Source: Butyrivibrio sp.
Lineage (GTDB): Bacteria; Bacillota; Clostridia; Lachnospirales; Lachnospiraceae
Length of the DNA stretch: 64,000 nucleotides
Assembly (NCBI GenBank): GCA_023664865.1
Contig: JAMPEU010000004.1
Span: 51,627 to 115,626 of the forward strand
Direction of reading: 5' to 3'
Both the position numbers and the translations under genes were made by a program. Positions 18,318 to 28,656 of this stretch are shown piece after piece. Numbering within the stretch: the first letter of the stretch is position 1; every line of letters starts with the position of its first letter. The notes under the pieces are model-generated. The model did no database searches and was not told the DNA's origin. It saw only the letters and a list, made by a program, of their open reading frames with translations.

Positions 18318-20387
18318 TTATTCATAGATTTTATAATCTTTCCCATCTCTAATCATAACCGGAATAATATCAAGCGGTGCAGGCACTGTTATCCGTTGTC
18401 CGCCGTCGTATGATTTCTTAGTATATGCGTCAGTCCATGTGCAGCCCTTCGGTAGATAAACCGTGCGTTCTTTAACGCCTTCTTCCATCACGGGAGATAC
18501 CAGCAAGTCCGGTCCGAACATATAGGAATCTTCCACTTCCCAGCACGCAGCGTCTTCCGGGAAGTCAAAGAACAGCGGACGCATTACCGGAGCGCCTTTT
18601 TCGCTCGCCGCTTTCATGCACTCCCTTATATATGGGCGCAGCCTTTCGCGGATAAATAAATATTTTGACAAAATCTTGTAATTTTCTTCGCCAAAACTCC
18701 ATACCTCATTATCCTGACCGCTCGTGAGCTGGCGCACGCCGTTAATATATTCCTGTTCCCTTTCATACCACGGGGAACGTTCGCCGTGCATACGGAACAC
18801 AGGACAGAAAGCCCCCCAAGCGAACCAGCGCACCAGAAGTTCCCTGAAATGTTCGTCTTCAATATTTCCGCCAAGGAATCCGCCGATATCGGAAGTCCAC
18901 CACGGGATTCCCGCCATTCCCATGTTCAGTCCTGCCTGAAGCTGTTCACGCATGGAGCGGAAAGACGAATAAATATCGCCGGACCAGGTAAGCACGCCAT
19001 ACTTCTGGCTACCCGCCCATGCACAGCGCACCAGACTCATTATTTCAGTCTCGCCTTCCGAACGCAGACCGTCATAGAATCCTTTAGCATAGCCTACGGG
19101 ATAGCGGTTAGTACATTGCAGCGCGATTCCTTCATAATAGCGGTAATTATCAAAATCATAAGGTCCGTATTCAGGTTCTGCCTCATCGAGCCAGAAACAC
19201 CTGATTCCTTTTTTATAATAATTCTCCCTGCATTTCTCCCAGACAAATTTCTGCGCGCCGGGGTTCGTGGCATCATAAAATATTGTGTTCCCCATCCATG
19301 TCATATGGTTGGAATTGCCCCTGTCCGCCGTAACGAGATATCCCTTCCCCGCCATTTCGCCAAAGTTCTCACTCTGCTCATCAATAGTCGGCCATACGGA
19401 TACCACGGTCTCGATCCCCATATCCTTTAATTCCTTCACCATCGCTTCGGGATCAGGCCAGTCTCTTGGTTCAAACTTAAAATCACCCTGCCTTGTCCAA
19501 TGGAAAAAATCAACTACTATGGCATCCAGCGGAAGCCCTCTTCTTTTATGTTCCCTTGCTACCGCAAGCAGTTCTTCCTGATTTCTGTAACGCAGCTTGC
19601 ACTGCCAGTATCCCATGCCGTATTCGGGCATCATCGGGCTTCTTCCCGCCGCCATCGAATACTGCTCTTCTATTTCCGCCGGCGTATCTCCCGCCGTAAT
19701 GAAATAATCAAGTTTTTTGGTACTCTTTGCAGACCATTCCGTCTTATTGGCACCAAAAATTGCCGTGCCGACTGCCGGATTATTCCATAAGAATCCGTAT
19801 CCGCGGCTTGAGACCATAAAAGGCACGCTGGCTTGGCTGTTCCTGTGCGCAAGCTCCAAGACGGCGCCTTTTTTATTCAGATTTTTCTCCTGATACTGCC
19901 CCATTCCGAAAATCTTCTCATCATCAAACGCCTCAAAACGCGCTGTCAGAGAATAATCCGTAGAGCCCTGAATAGGTTTTAACTCCCTGCCGTCAACTCT
20001 GAGCGGCACGCAGTAGCGGTTGATGCGGTTACGGTTGCGCCAGTATTCTTCCGTAAGCAGCTCGCCCTTCTGATTATAGAAGCTTATCCAGCCCTCATGA
20101 GACACCTGCGCCGTGATTTTACCGTTAGTAAGCTTTGCCTGTACGCCTGTCTGGTGATATTTAGCATACTCCTCAGACTTATACCATGGATCCGTGACAT
20201 CCAGCTCCTCAAAAATAATCTGCGCATCCGTCTTAGGCACTTCTTCCGTCAACGCCCAGTCATGCGTATCCATCTGCGCCTCGCAGCTCATACGCACCCT
20301 CAAAGAATTTACGCCCCACGGCTCTATCCACACCTGCGACCTTCCATCCTTTATAAGCAGCCTGTTTCCTTCCCTCTCTAAATACAT
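18318..20387 (-). CDS. GH31 glycoside hydrolase (XylS-like alpha-xylosidase)
   Basis: GYWQCKLRY, WLDEAEP nucleophile, WSGD, WWTSDIGGF and FRMHG motifs. Confidence 0.88.
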   Translation of the reverse strand: MYLEREGNRLLIKDGRSQVWIEPWGVNSLRVRMSCEAQMDTHDWALTEEVPKTDAQIIFEELDVTDPWYKSEEYAKYHQTGVQAKLTNGKITAQVSHEGWISFYNQKGELLTEEYWRNRNRINRYCVPLRVDGRELKPIQGSTDYSLTARFEAFDDEKIFGMGQYQEKNLNKKGAVLELAHRNSQASVPFMVSSRGYGFLWNNPAVGTAIFGANKTEWSAKSTKKLDYFITAGDTPAEIEEQYSMAAGRSPMMPEYGMGYWQCKLRYRNQEELLAVAREHKRRGLPLDAIVVDFFHWTRQGDFKFEPRDWPDPEAMVKELKDMGIETVVSVWPTIDEQSENFGEMAGKGYLVTADRGNSNHMTWMGNTIFYDATNPGAQKFVWEKCRENYYKKGIRCFWLDEAEPEYGPYDFDNYRYYEGIALQCTNRYPVGYAKGFYDGLRSEGETEIMSLVRCAWAGSQKYGVLTWSGDIYSSFRSMREQLQAGLNMGMAGIPWWTSDIGGFLGGNIEDEHFRELLVRWFAWGAFCPVFRMHGERSPWYEREQEYINGVRQLTSGQDNEVWSFGEENYKILSKYLFIRERLRPYIRECMKAASEKGAPVMRPLFFDFPEDAACWEVEDSYMFGPDLLVSPVMEEGVKERTVYLPKGCTWTDAYTKKSYDGGQRITVPAPLDIIPVMIRDGKDYKIYE

Positions 20388-20417
20388 ATGTCGTCCTCCT
20401 TATATTTAATATATTAC

Positions 20418-20555
20418 GTTGTACAATATATACAAAACAACGTAGGGCACGCTTTCGCTGCATTGCCGCCAGTAGCGGTACTAGGCTCGAAAATACCTCG
20501 CCAAGTACCGACGGCGGCATAGCACCCTACTTATGTTTTGTATATATTGTACAAC
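20418..20555 (-). repeat. Structured repeat family B, copy 1
   Basis: 22-bp perfect arms GTTGTACAATATATACAAAACA around the core GCACGCTTTCGCT...GGTACTAGGCTCGAAAATACCTCGCCAAGTACCG. Confidence 0.8.
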
Positions 20556-20614
20556 TCACGTTTTGAAATAGTTAATTGTACAATTGATAATTTAGCATAT
20601 AGCTAATATATATC

Positions 20615-22945
20615 TTAATTTATAACTTTTTTAGGCTCCCCATACAGCACTCCGCGGCTTCCCGTGCCGAGGTAGAACCTTCCGTATACCCTGCTGTCAC
20701 CTTCCATGCTGTTTATTTCGCCATACATCTGATTATCATCATTAAGCCTTACAAAAGTCTTCGCATCGTCTACGGAACGATAGAAACCGTAAACGCCGTC
20801 TATATTAGCAGCCGTATAAATCGCCTTGTTTTCCTTAAAATAATCTCCTCCCGGTCGGATAATGCCAAGCCCCATTCTATAGAAGACGTCTCCGTCTGCG
20901 CTGATTTTTGTGACGCATATATCATCTTTCTTCATATCATAGTGCAGCTTCCAGAGTCCATGTTCTCTAAGCGCCATGTAAAAAATTCCCTGCCTGCCAC
21001 ATTCGCCGCGCACTTCCGTCTTATTTGCGCAGTCTATAAGAGAAAAGTCAACCGTCGGAAAATCCCCGCCATTTACGGCACATTCCTCTTTAATTTCCCG
21101 CTGCCTGAAAGTCATTCCGCCATCCGTACTTAAATAAACTTGAGACTGTTCTCCAAATCCATAGAAAATACTGCTCTCCATACGGTCCGCAAAAACTTTC
21201 ATGCCGCCCTGAGTCTTTATCTTTCCCGACATATCATATACTTTTGCCAAAGTAAAATTTTCTCCGCCGTCACTACTTACAACTACCGTATCTATAGGCA
21301 GCTTAGTATGATTTGCGACAGACCAGACAATATTCATACAGTCCGGCGAAACCGCAGCCCAGCCGCTGTTTACATTGGGCATTTCTATCTGATGCAACGC
21401 TTCGTCTAACTTATCGCTAAGCCCAAACGGCATAGGCAGGCGTCTGAAAGTACGGCATTGGTCTTTAGACAATATCAGTCCGCCTTTAGTCCTGCCCGTC
21501 CAGTTTCCTCTGGGCGTCACCACTACAAATTCCGGTCTTATATCCGAGTAGTCCGCATTTATACATGTGATATAGCGGTTCCCGTCTTTATCATCAAATG
21601 AATTGTCGCACGCCTCATCAAGCGAACGGAAGGCAAAGCCGCCCAAATCCCCCAATATATCTATAAGCTTCACATCGCCCGACGGCGGGCTGTACAGATT
21701 CAGATGCACGGTTTCCTCCAGTCCGTCGCACCAGTCGCTGAAAACAACTTCCTCTCCTGTCAGATTATTAGTTCTAAACACGCCCGTCCCCGTATTAAAC
21801 CATGCCTCATCTTCATCAAAGGGATTGATTTTTAAATCGGTCAGCCAATGGATAATTGAATGTCCGCCATTATAACGCGGTTTCATATACGACGTCCTGA
21901 AATCCATCCTTCCTATATCTAAATCATGCAGAATTTCTTCCCAGCTCTCTCCATAATCAAAGGAACGATATATGCTGTCGCCGTCCTGCTTACAGATAGT
22001 CGAGCAGATAAGCATCCCCTGTTTTGACGCCGCCGCACTGATTCCGCTGAATCCATATTCCAACAGACCGTCAGGATATGGCGTAATCTCTTCCCCTTCC
22101 CCAAACCTTCCGCCTGAAAGAATGGGATAACGGACAACTCTTCCGCCTATAACGCTTCCGCCGTCACAGCTGTAACCGTTCTCCAAGACATACGCATTTC
22201 TTCCCATAACGGAAAACGTAACGTAAAGATACTTATCGTCCAGTGAATACCGCTGCGCCACAAGCCCGGCGAGCTTAACGCCGTCTATTTCATCAGACTG
22301 CGGCTGCCACATCTTACTGAAACTTGCACCGCCGTCATAAGAAACATACAGGCTGTGTCCGCGCAGTCTCTCACTCCGTTTCGTCGTCACTCCCGCGCCT
22401 CCTGCAAACAATATCCCGCCGTCTTTGCTTTGTCCTACAAACGTCATATATTCTTCCGGAAACGCACTATTCTTCTTCCAGCTGACACCTCTGTCCAAGC
22501 TAATCCACAGACCTTCCTGCTGGCTTGCAAATATAAGCCTGTCGCTGTCAGCCTTATCTACAATCAGTCGAAATCCTGTGCCTCTTCCGTTTAGGTTTCC
22601 ATGAATAAGTATCGGTATCTTATGGTAGACAAAATGCCCGCCGTAATCGTCTGAGACAGCAATCACTCCCGCGCCCTCTTTATTGATGCCGCACGCAATA
22701 TAAAGTCTGCTCGGATTAGCATTGTCAAGCGCGACGGCAATCGGGAAAGTCTCGCTTAAGTCTTTCATCGTCACATGGTCAGTCAGGCTTACCCAGCTCT
22801 TTGTACCATAGTCGAATCTATATGTACCGCCGATGTCTGTCCTTGTATACAAAATCCCTTCTTTTTTCTCGTGAAAAATAAAACCCGTCACATAACCGCC
22901 GCCCGGAATCGGAAGGTTCCGGTACTCATACTTCTCGTTTTTCAT
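20615..22945 (-). CDS. GH74 xyloglucanase-like beta-propeller protein, no signal peptide
   Basis: GGGYVTG, YTRTDIGG (catalytic Asp), GDLGG (second Asp), Asp-box repeats (SxDxGxSW), YLGTGSRG. Confidence 0.88.
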   Translation of the reverse strand: MKNEKYEYRNLPIPGGGYVTGFIFHEKKEGILYTRTDIGGTYRFDYGTKSWVSLTDHVTMKDLSETFPIAVALDNANPSRLYIACGINKEGAGVIAVSDDYGGHFVYHKIPILIHGNLNGRGTGFRLIVDKADSDRLIFASQQEGLWISLDRGVSWKKNSAFPEEYMTFVGQSKDGGILFAGGAGVTTKRSERLRGHSLYVSYDGGASFSKMWQPQSDEIDGVKLAGLVAQRYSLDDKYLYVTFSVMGRNAYVLENGYSCDGGSVIGGRVVRYPILSGGRFGEGEEITPYPDGLLEYGFSGISAAASKQGMLICSTICKQDGDSIYRSFDYGESWEEILHDLDIGRMDFRTSYMKPRYNGGHSIIHWLTDLKINPFDEDEAWFNTGTGVFRTNNLTGEEVVFSDWCDGLEETVHLNLYSPPSGDVKLIDILGDLGGFAFRSLDEACDNSFDDKDGNRYITCINADYSDIRPEFVVVTPRGNWTGRTKGGLILSKDQCRTFRRLPMPFGLSDKLDEALHQIEMPNVNSGWAAVSPDCMNIVWSVANHTKLPIDTVVVSSDGGENFTLAKVYDMSGKIKTQGGMKVFADRMESSIFYGFGEQSQVYLSTDGGMTFRQREIKEECAVNGGDFPTVDFSLIDCANKTEVRGECGRQGIFYMALREHGLWKLHYDMKKDDICVTKISADGDVFYRMGLGIIRPGGDYFKENKAIYTAANIDGVYGFYRSVDDAKTFVRLNDDNQMYGEINSMEGDSRVYGRFYLGTGSRGVLYGEPKKVIN

Positions 22946-23047
22946 ATATCTCTCCCTGTTATTTTATACTTTAGTATTTCATAATTACACATTAATATGA
23001 TAATATATAATTATAAAATTTTAAACATAATTTTAAGGAGGAAAACT

Positions 23048-25396
23048 ATGAAATTTAATGACGGCTGCTGGCTGCTTAAAGAAGGTGTCGCATGCTTCTC
23101 GCCGGCGGAAGTGTACTATGCCAAAATCGAAGAAAAAGAGGTTACTCTATGCACGCCTACGCATAAGATTACCGAGCGCGGCGATACTTTGGGCGGAGTC
23201 AATCTGACTATACGCATCAGCTCTCCGATGCCAGACATTATCCGCGTACAGACCGACCACTATATGGGTACGCTCCCGAAAGGTCCTGCTTTCGAGCTTA
23301 ACCTTGACAATCCGCAGACTCTTAAAGTCGAAGAGTCCGAAGAAGAACTTATCATAACAAGCGGCTCGGTTTCTTTAAAAATCGGTAAGAAAAACTGGTA
23401 CATGCACTATTGTATTAATGGTAAGGTAATTACACAGAGCCAGCCGAAAGATTTAGCGTTAATGAAGACCGCTTGGAAAGGCAATGACTATTATGACAGA
23501 GACGGCGATATGAATGATACGTATATACGCCAGCAGTTAAGCATAGGCGTAGGCGAACTGTTATATGGCACAGGAGAACGTTTTACTCCTTTTGTCAAGA
23601 ACGGACAGACAGTGGAAATCTATAACGAGGACGGCGGCACCAGCACCGAGCAGTCCTATAAGAACATACCTTTTTATATTTCCAATAGGGGCTATGGCGT
23701 TTTAGTCAACCACCCTGAAAAGGTTTCTTTTGAATTTGCCACGGAAAACGTGACGAAAACAGCGTTTAGCGTCAAAGGCGGCAGTCTGGATTATTTCTTT
23801 ATAGGCGGCGCCAATATGAAAGAAGTGCTGACACGTTATACCGATTTAAGCGGCAAGCCTTCACTTCCGGCTCCGTGGACTTTCGGCTTGTGGCTGTCCA
23901 CTTCATTTACAACCAATTATGATGAGGCTACCGTCATGAGCTTTATAGACGGTATGCTTGAGCGTGGCATCCCACTCCGTACATTCCATTTTGACTGTTT
24001 CTGGATGAAAGCTTTCCACTGGACTGATTTCGTATGGGACTCCGAAGTGTTTCCCGATCCTGCCGGTCTGCTCCAAAGAATCAAGGCAAAAGGACTAAAC
24101 ATCTGCGTCTGGATTAATCCGTATATCGGGCAGGAATCCGTTATGTTTAAAGAAGGCATGGAGAACGATTATTTTATTAAACGTCCAAACGGCGATATCT
24201 GGCAATGGGATATGTGGCAGCCCAGTATGGCATTCGTTGACTTCACGAATCCCGCAGCCTGCAAATGGTATCAGGACAAGCTGGAAACGCTGCTCGATAT
24301 GGGCGTGGACTGTTTTAAAACGGACTTCGGTGAGAGGATTCCGACCAACTGCGTTTATTATGACGGCTCCGATCCCGAAAAAATGCACAACTACTACACA
24401 TATCTGTATAACAAAACAGTTTATGAATTATTGGAGCAAAAACGCGGCAAAGGACAGGCGGTTCTTTTTGCACGCTCCGCAACTGTCGGCGGTCAGAAAT
24501 TCCCTGTCCACTGGGGCGGCGACTGCTGGTCTGACTATGAATCTATGGAAGAAAGCCTGCGCGGCGGCTTGTCCCTTATGATGTCGGGATTCGGCTATTG
24601 GGCGCACGATATAGGCGGTTTTGAAAACACTTCTACGGCAGATGTTTATAAACGCTGGGTAGCATTCGGACTGCTCTCTTCACACAGCCGTCTGCACGGC
24701 AGCAGCTCTTACCGTGTTCCGTGGGTTTACGATGATGAGGCTGTAGACGTAGTGAGAAGTTTCACCAGACTTAAAGCCGCGCTTATGCCGTATCTGTACA
24801 AAACGGCGATTGATACCTCTAAGTCCGGCGTTCCTACTATGCGCAGTATGGTTTTGGAGTTTACTCAGGACAGAAGCTGTCATTACCTGGACAAACAATA
24901 TATGTTGGGGGACAGCTTACTGGTTGCGCCGATTTTTAATCCGGAAGGAAAAGGAATCTTCTATCTTCCGAAAGGTACATGGACCGACTTTTTCACAGGC
25001 GAAACTATGGAAGGTGAAAGATGGATAGAAAAAGAATACGACTATCTGCATCTGCCCCTTATGGTTAAAGAGAACAGCATAGTCGCTATCGGGGCTCATG
25101 ATGATAAGCCGGATTATGATTATGCCGACGGTGCGGAATTAAGAATATATTCGCTCGTAGAAGGCTTGGAAACCCAAAGCGTTATATATGACATGGACGG
25201 AAAAACAGCCTTAAGTATTTCGGCTGAGAAAAATAACGGCGAAATCATTATACAGGCTGCTGCTTCCAAACCATATACAATCCGCCTTGTCAACGTAAGC
25301 GGAGTAACGGCATCGGACGCTTCAATCCGCGCAGACGGAAATGACACTATTGTCACGCCATCTGCCGAACGGATAGAAATAAAGCCTGCCGGTTAA
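23048..25396 (+). CDS. yicI: Alpha-xylosidase (GH31, YicI type)
   Basis: MKFNDGCWL start; GLWLSTSFTTNYDE, FKTDFGERIP, HWGGD and SHSRLHG motifs. Confidence 0.92.
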   Translation: MKFNDGCWLLKEGVACFSPAEVYYAKIEEKEVTLCTPTHKITERGDTLGGVNLTIRISSPMPDIIRVQTDHYMGTLPKGPAFELNLDNPQTLKVEESEEELIITSGSVSLKIGKKNWYMHYCINGKVITQSQPKDLALMKTAWKGNDYYDRDGDMNDTYIRQQLSIGVGELLYGTGERFTPFVKNGQTVEIYNEDGGTSTEQSYKNIPFYISNRGYGVLVNHPEKVSFEFATENVTKTAFSVKGGSLDYFFIGGANMKEVLTRYTDLSGKPSLPAPWTFGLWLSTSFTTNYDEATVMSFIDGMLERGIPLRTFHFDCFWMKAFHWTDFVWDSEVFPDPAGLLQRIKAKGLNICVWINPYIGQESVMFKEGMENDYFIKRPNGDIWQWDMWQPSMAFVDFTNPAACKWYQDKLETLLDMGVDCFKTDFGERIPTNCVYYDGSDPEKMHNYYTYLYNKTVYELLEQKRGKGQAVLFARSATVGGQKFPVHWGGDCWSDYESMEESLRGGLSLMMSGFGYWAHDIGGFENTSTADVYKRWVAFGLLSSHSRLHGSSSYRVPWVYDDEAVDVVRSFTRLKAALMPYLYKTAIDTSKSGVPTMRSMVLEFTQDRSCHYLDKQYMLGDSLLVAPIFNPEGKGIFYLPKGTWTDFFTGETMEGERWIEKEYDYLHLPLMVKENSIVAIGAHDDKPDYDYADGAELRIYSLVEGLETQSVIYDMDGKTALSISAEKNNGEIIIQAAASKPYTIRLVNVSGVTASDASIRADGNDTIVTPSAERIEIKPAG

Positions 25397-25830
25397 TTAG
25401 CTTTTTTATCTTCTTTCTTTTCAGGAGAAGTATCAGTATTGCTGCCCTTGTTAGCATTTCCGTTTTTGGAAGCGTTGGCGGGGGCAGTCATTGTACATCT
25501 TCCGTCAAAGCAGGCGTTCTCGTCAATAATGAGAGATTTAGCGGTAATATTGCCTAAGATTTTTCCTGTAGCAAGGAGTTCGATTTTTCCATCTGCAATA
25601 ATATCGCCTTCCACACTGCCTGATATAAGTACGTTTATTGCGGTAATATCGCCTATGACGCTACCGCTCTCTCCGATAATCAGATTTTCTTTACAGTCGC
25701 AGTTGCCATTCAAAGTTCCGTCCAGCCTGACGGTCTCCGGCGCAGTAACGTGTCCGTCAACTACGGCTCCTTTTCCTATCAATGTTCCGACCTTTGTCAC
25801 ACCATTTGCATTTTTGTTTTTCTTCATCAT
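25393..25830 (-). CDS. Bactofilin (polymer-forming cytoskeletal protein)
   Basis: TLIGKGAVVDG...VRLDG...LIIGESGSVIGDI...FDGRCTM beta-helix repeats. Confidence 0.9.
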   Translation of the reverse strand: MMKKNKNANGVTKVGTLIGKGAVVDGHVTAPETVRLDGTLNGNCDCKENLIIGESGSVIGDITAINVLISGSVEGDIIADGKIELLATGKILGNITAKSLIIDENACFDGRCTMTAPANASKNGNANKGSNTDTSPEKKEDKKAN

Positions 25831-25844
25831 TTTAATTCCTCCCT

Positions 25845-26582
25845 TTATCCTTTAGCTTCAATAACTGTGAGTGGGTCTATCGGCTCTTCTTCAAAAATTA
25901 TCTGGTAGTCCAGCTGTGTATCATCTTCGGTAATCGTAAATAAGGCGTCGCCGGCCTCCACCTGCGCACCTGCGCTTGCTGCAGCAAGCGTTACTTCCTG
26001 ACGGCACATATATCTTGACTTATAGCCCTTTTTATGTTCTATCACTACTATAACCGAGTATGTATCGTCAGATGTAACTTCCGTTACCGTTCCGCTGCCT
26101 GTGGCAATAACATTGCTGTCCTTATGGGTATTAATGGAAAGATAAGGCTGTTCTTCCGTGTAGAAAGACAATACTGCACTGCTTGATGACGGATAACGGC
26201 GCGGAATCGACAAATCCTCTTCGTCCTTTCCTTCCTCGACAACAACCACTTCTTCGGTTTCGCTGCTTAACCTTAGTTCCTCATTTTCCTTCTCAAGCGC
26301 TGTATTTGCCTCGCTTAAGCTCTGCTTATCAGCTTCAAGCTGAGCATTAAGCTGTATCTGCGCATCGAGCTTTGCCTGAATATCTTTACTCCCGCTGTCG
26401 TCTATCGCAGCGCGATAAAGCAGCCATCCGGTAAGCCCCAGTCCGGCGCAGATGAAAATCAATAGAATTGAAATAACGCGTATAGCATTTCGCGAAATAT
26501 AAAATTTCCTGTTGCAGCGTCCCGTATTGGATATCAGCAGCACGGAAAATGATTCCTTGTGTTTATGTCCTTTACGTTTCAT
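25845..26582 (-). CDS. Membrane protein with coiled coil and a degenerate M23/LytM domain
   Basis: N-terminal TM, heptad region, VIATGSGTV...VIEHKKGYKSRY...LDYQI...IDPL; Zn-ligand motifs absent. Confidence 0.75.
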   Translation of the reverse strand: MKRKGHKHKESFSVLLISNTGRCNRKFYISRNAIRVISILLIFICAGLGLTGWLLYRAAIDDSGSKDIQAKLDAQIQLNAQLEADKQSLSEANTALEKENEELRLSSETEEVVVVEEGKDEEDLSIPRRYPSSSSAVLSFYTEEQPYLSINTHKDSNVIATGSGTVTEVTSDDTYSVIVVIEHKKGYKSRYMCRQEVTLAAASAGAQVEAGDALFTITEDDTQLDYQIIFEEEPIDPLTVIEAKG

Positions 26583-26799
26583 ATACCTCTCCCTTCAGAT
26601 AATCTACCAAGTAAATTCTCTGTCATAATCAGTATCTTATTCGTTCTGTCATTTATATCTTATATTAAGCGTCTAACTTTCATAATATCACAAATTTTGT
26701 AAAAGTAAACTACTATAATTCAAATTTTTTTACAAATTTTTAACAACATATTAAAAAAATATTACATTACATTCTGTAAGTTTGCTTTTCCTATTAACA

Positions 26800-26845
26800 A
26801 GAAATCGGGTGAAAATCCCATTGTAAAGGATTTTTGCCCGATTCT
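26800..26845 (-). terminator. Intrinsic terminator after the SPOCS-LysM gene
   Basis: AATCGGGTGAAAATCC...GGATTTTTGCCCGATT hairpin. Confidence 0.6.
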
Positions 26846-26866
26846 GTCCGCCGTATAGTATTTGAT

Positions 26867-28423
26867 TTATGAAACTCCTTTTACCACCAGTATTTTATCG
26901 CCCGCCTTAATTTCTTCCGTAACAAGCTCATTAACCTCTTTTAGCTGCGATATCGTCACATAATATTTTTTACCGATATCCCACAAAGTATCCCCCGCTC
27001 CCGCAATATAAATAACAATGCCCGGCAGCGCGCTGATTTTATTCATATCCAGTTCGTCTACTTTTATATCCGTGATAAGATTTGCCTTTTTATTGGTAAA
27101 GACAAGCGCTTCATACCCCATAACCGCTTTAATATCCAGTTCATCACTGTCCGCCATGCTGACATTAAGCTGCTCCAAATTCCAATGTATATGATATGTT
27201 ACAGTATTGTCGATAGACGGTACATCTATTACATGGCCAAAAGGCAGCCTGCTTTTTGTAGCATATAAGGTGTTTTGTCCGTTGGTACACAAATATATGG
27301 TCGTGACATTCAGCGCCCCGATAATCTCGATTCCGTTCTCTACAATATTTTGCTCTTCTATCTGAATTTCCGCCTCGCTGTGTACCAGTTGGTATATGTG
27401 CATCTCCGTATTCTGAATCTTTGCATGATCTGCGCACTTGCACTTTCCGCTATTGCTAAAGAGCAGCCTCTTTAATGACACTTCTGTCGTTAATGCTTCT
27501 ATTTCTTTTGCAACTCCATAGATATCAGACAACACTTCCAAATTTTCTTCTTCATACAGACGTATTTCCAAATCCAGCACATTTTCTACGCTGAAAATTC
27601 TCTCTTCTCCATCGAAGTCCTGCTTTATTTCCACGCTGCATTGAGACGGCGTATACCTGATATCCGTCAGCATATTTTCACGGCACCCGTGACACTCTAT
27701 CATACCGCTGAAAGGCACGGTATTTTCATACCAGAGCGTCCTGTCGCCATCCCCTTCACCTACATACAGGAAAAACGCTTTCATCTCACCCTGCAAGGCA
27801 ATCTTTTCGTCTAACGCCTTAAACTCTATATTATTCAGCGTAATACTGTGCCAGGTCAGCCTAAAAGCATTAGGCAGATTGGACGGTAATTCCATTTCCT
27901 CTTTGATGCGGAAGATGTCTTTCTTATTTACCGCCATCTGCAGCACAGGGTATGTCTGTTTCCTATACTCCACAGGCTCATCATGATAAATGTCGACCGC
28001 CGCTTCCTGCTCTGTCTTCTCTTCCAATTCCACATCAAAAGAAATCATTGCCTGAACGCTCAATTTTCTGGAATTAATCAGCCCAACGTTCAAATCCTCG
28101 ATTTTCCATGAGGTTAAAACCGTATCGCCGTTATGCACTCCCTCCATATTAATTTTTTCCTCAAAAGAAATTGCCGACTCCATACTTGCGCACAGTCCTT
28201 CTTCGTCTGTAAGATACAGCACCTGCACCTGAAGCTTTCCTTTCAAACTGACACGGTCGTCATTTACGCGGATTTCGTCCATGACGACATCACCCCTGAC
28301 TGCAATAAGCTGCGCAGCGTCCGGTCTGTTATCCGATATATTGACATCCTCTTCCAAAACCGTCTGTGTTCCGGCTTTGCATGCGATGCGGTCCATATGT
28401 ATCTTTTTCTTCACTAATTCCAC
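26867..28423 (-). CDS. SPOCS (DUF3794) x3 plus LysM spore coat morphogenetic protein (SipL-like)
   Basis: Three repeated SPOCS-like blocks; C-terminal LysM (GDTLWDIGKKY); GTG start after GGAGG. Confidence 0.88.
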   Translation of the reverse strand: MELVKKKIHMDRIACKAGTQTVLEEDVNISDNRPDAAQLIAVRGDVVMDEIRVNDDRVSLKGKLQVQVLYLTDEEGLCASMESAISFEEKINMEGVHNGDTVLTSWKIEDLNVGLINSRKLSVQAMISFDVELEEKTEQEAAVDIYHDEPVEYRKQTYPVLQMAVNKKDIFRIKEEMELPSNLPNAFRLTWHSITLNNIEFKALDEKIALQGEMKAFFLYVGEGDGDRTLWYENTVPFSGMIECHGCRENMLTDIRYTPSQCSVEIKQDFDGEERIFSVENVLDLEIRLYEEENLEVLSDIYGVAKEIEALTTEVSLKRLLFSNSGKCKCADHAKIQNTEMHIYQLVHSEAEIQIEEQNIVENGIEIIGALNVTTIYLCTNGQNTLYATKSRLPFGHVIDVPSIDNTVTYHIHWNLEQLNVSMADSDELDIKAVMGYEALVFTNKKANLITDIKVDELDMNKISALPGIVIYIAGAGDTLWDIGKKYYVTISQLKEVNELVTEEIKAGDKILVVKGVS

Positions 28424-28452
28424 AAAAATACCTCCACGCGTATACTTATTGT

Positions 28453-28481
28453 ATTGTATGCTGCGCGGAGGGGAGATATGA
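28453..28481 (-). promoter_or_regulatory. Mother-cell sigmaE promoter
   Basis: Minus strand TCATATC-N14-CATACAAT matches the sigmaE consensus. Confidence 0.75.
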
Positions 28482-28656
28482 CAAGTGGTATGAAATCATT
28501 ATTTTTGAATGATAATTGTTTATTATCTATTGAAAATATAAAAAGAATTATCAATAGTATTCCTTAAATATCATAGAGATATAAATTATTTAAGGTTTTA
28601 AATAACAAAGAGTTATTTTGATGAAGTGCTTGGTAAAAACAAAGGAGTATTTTTAT

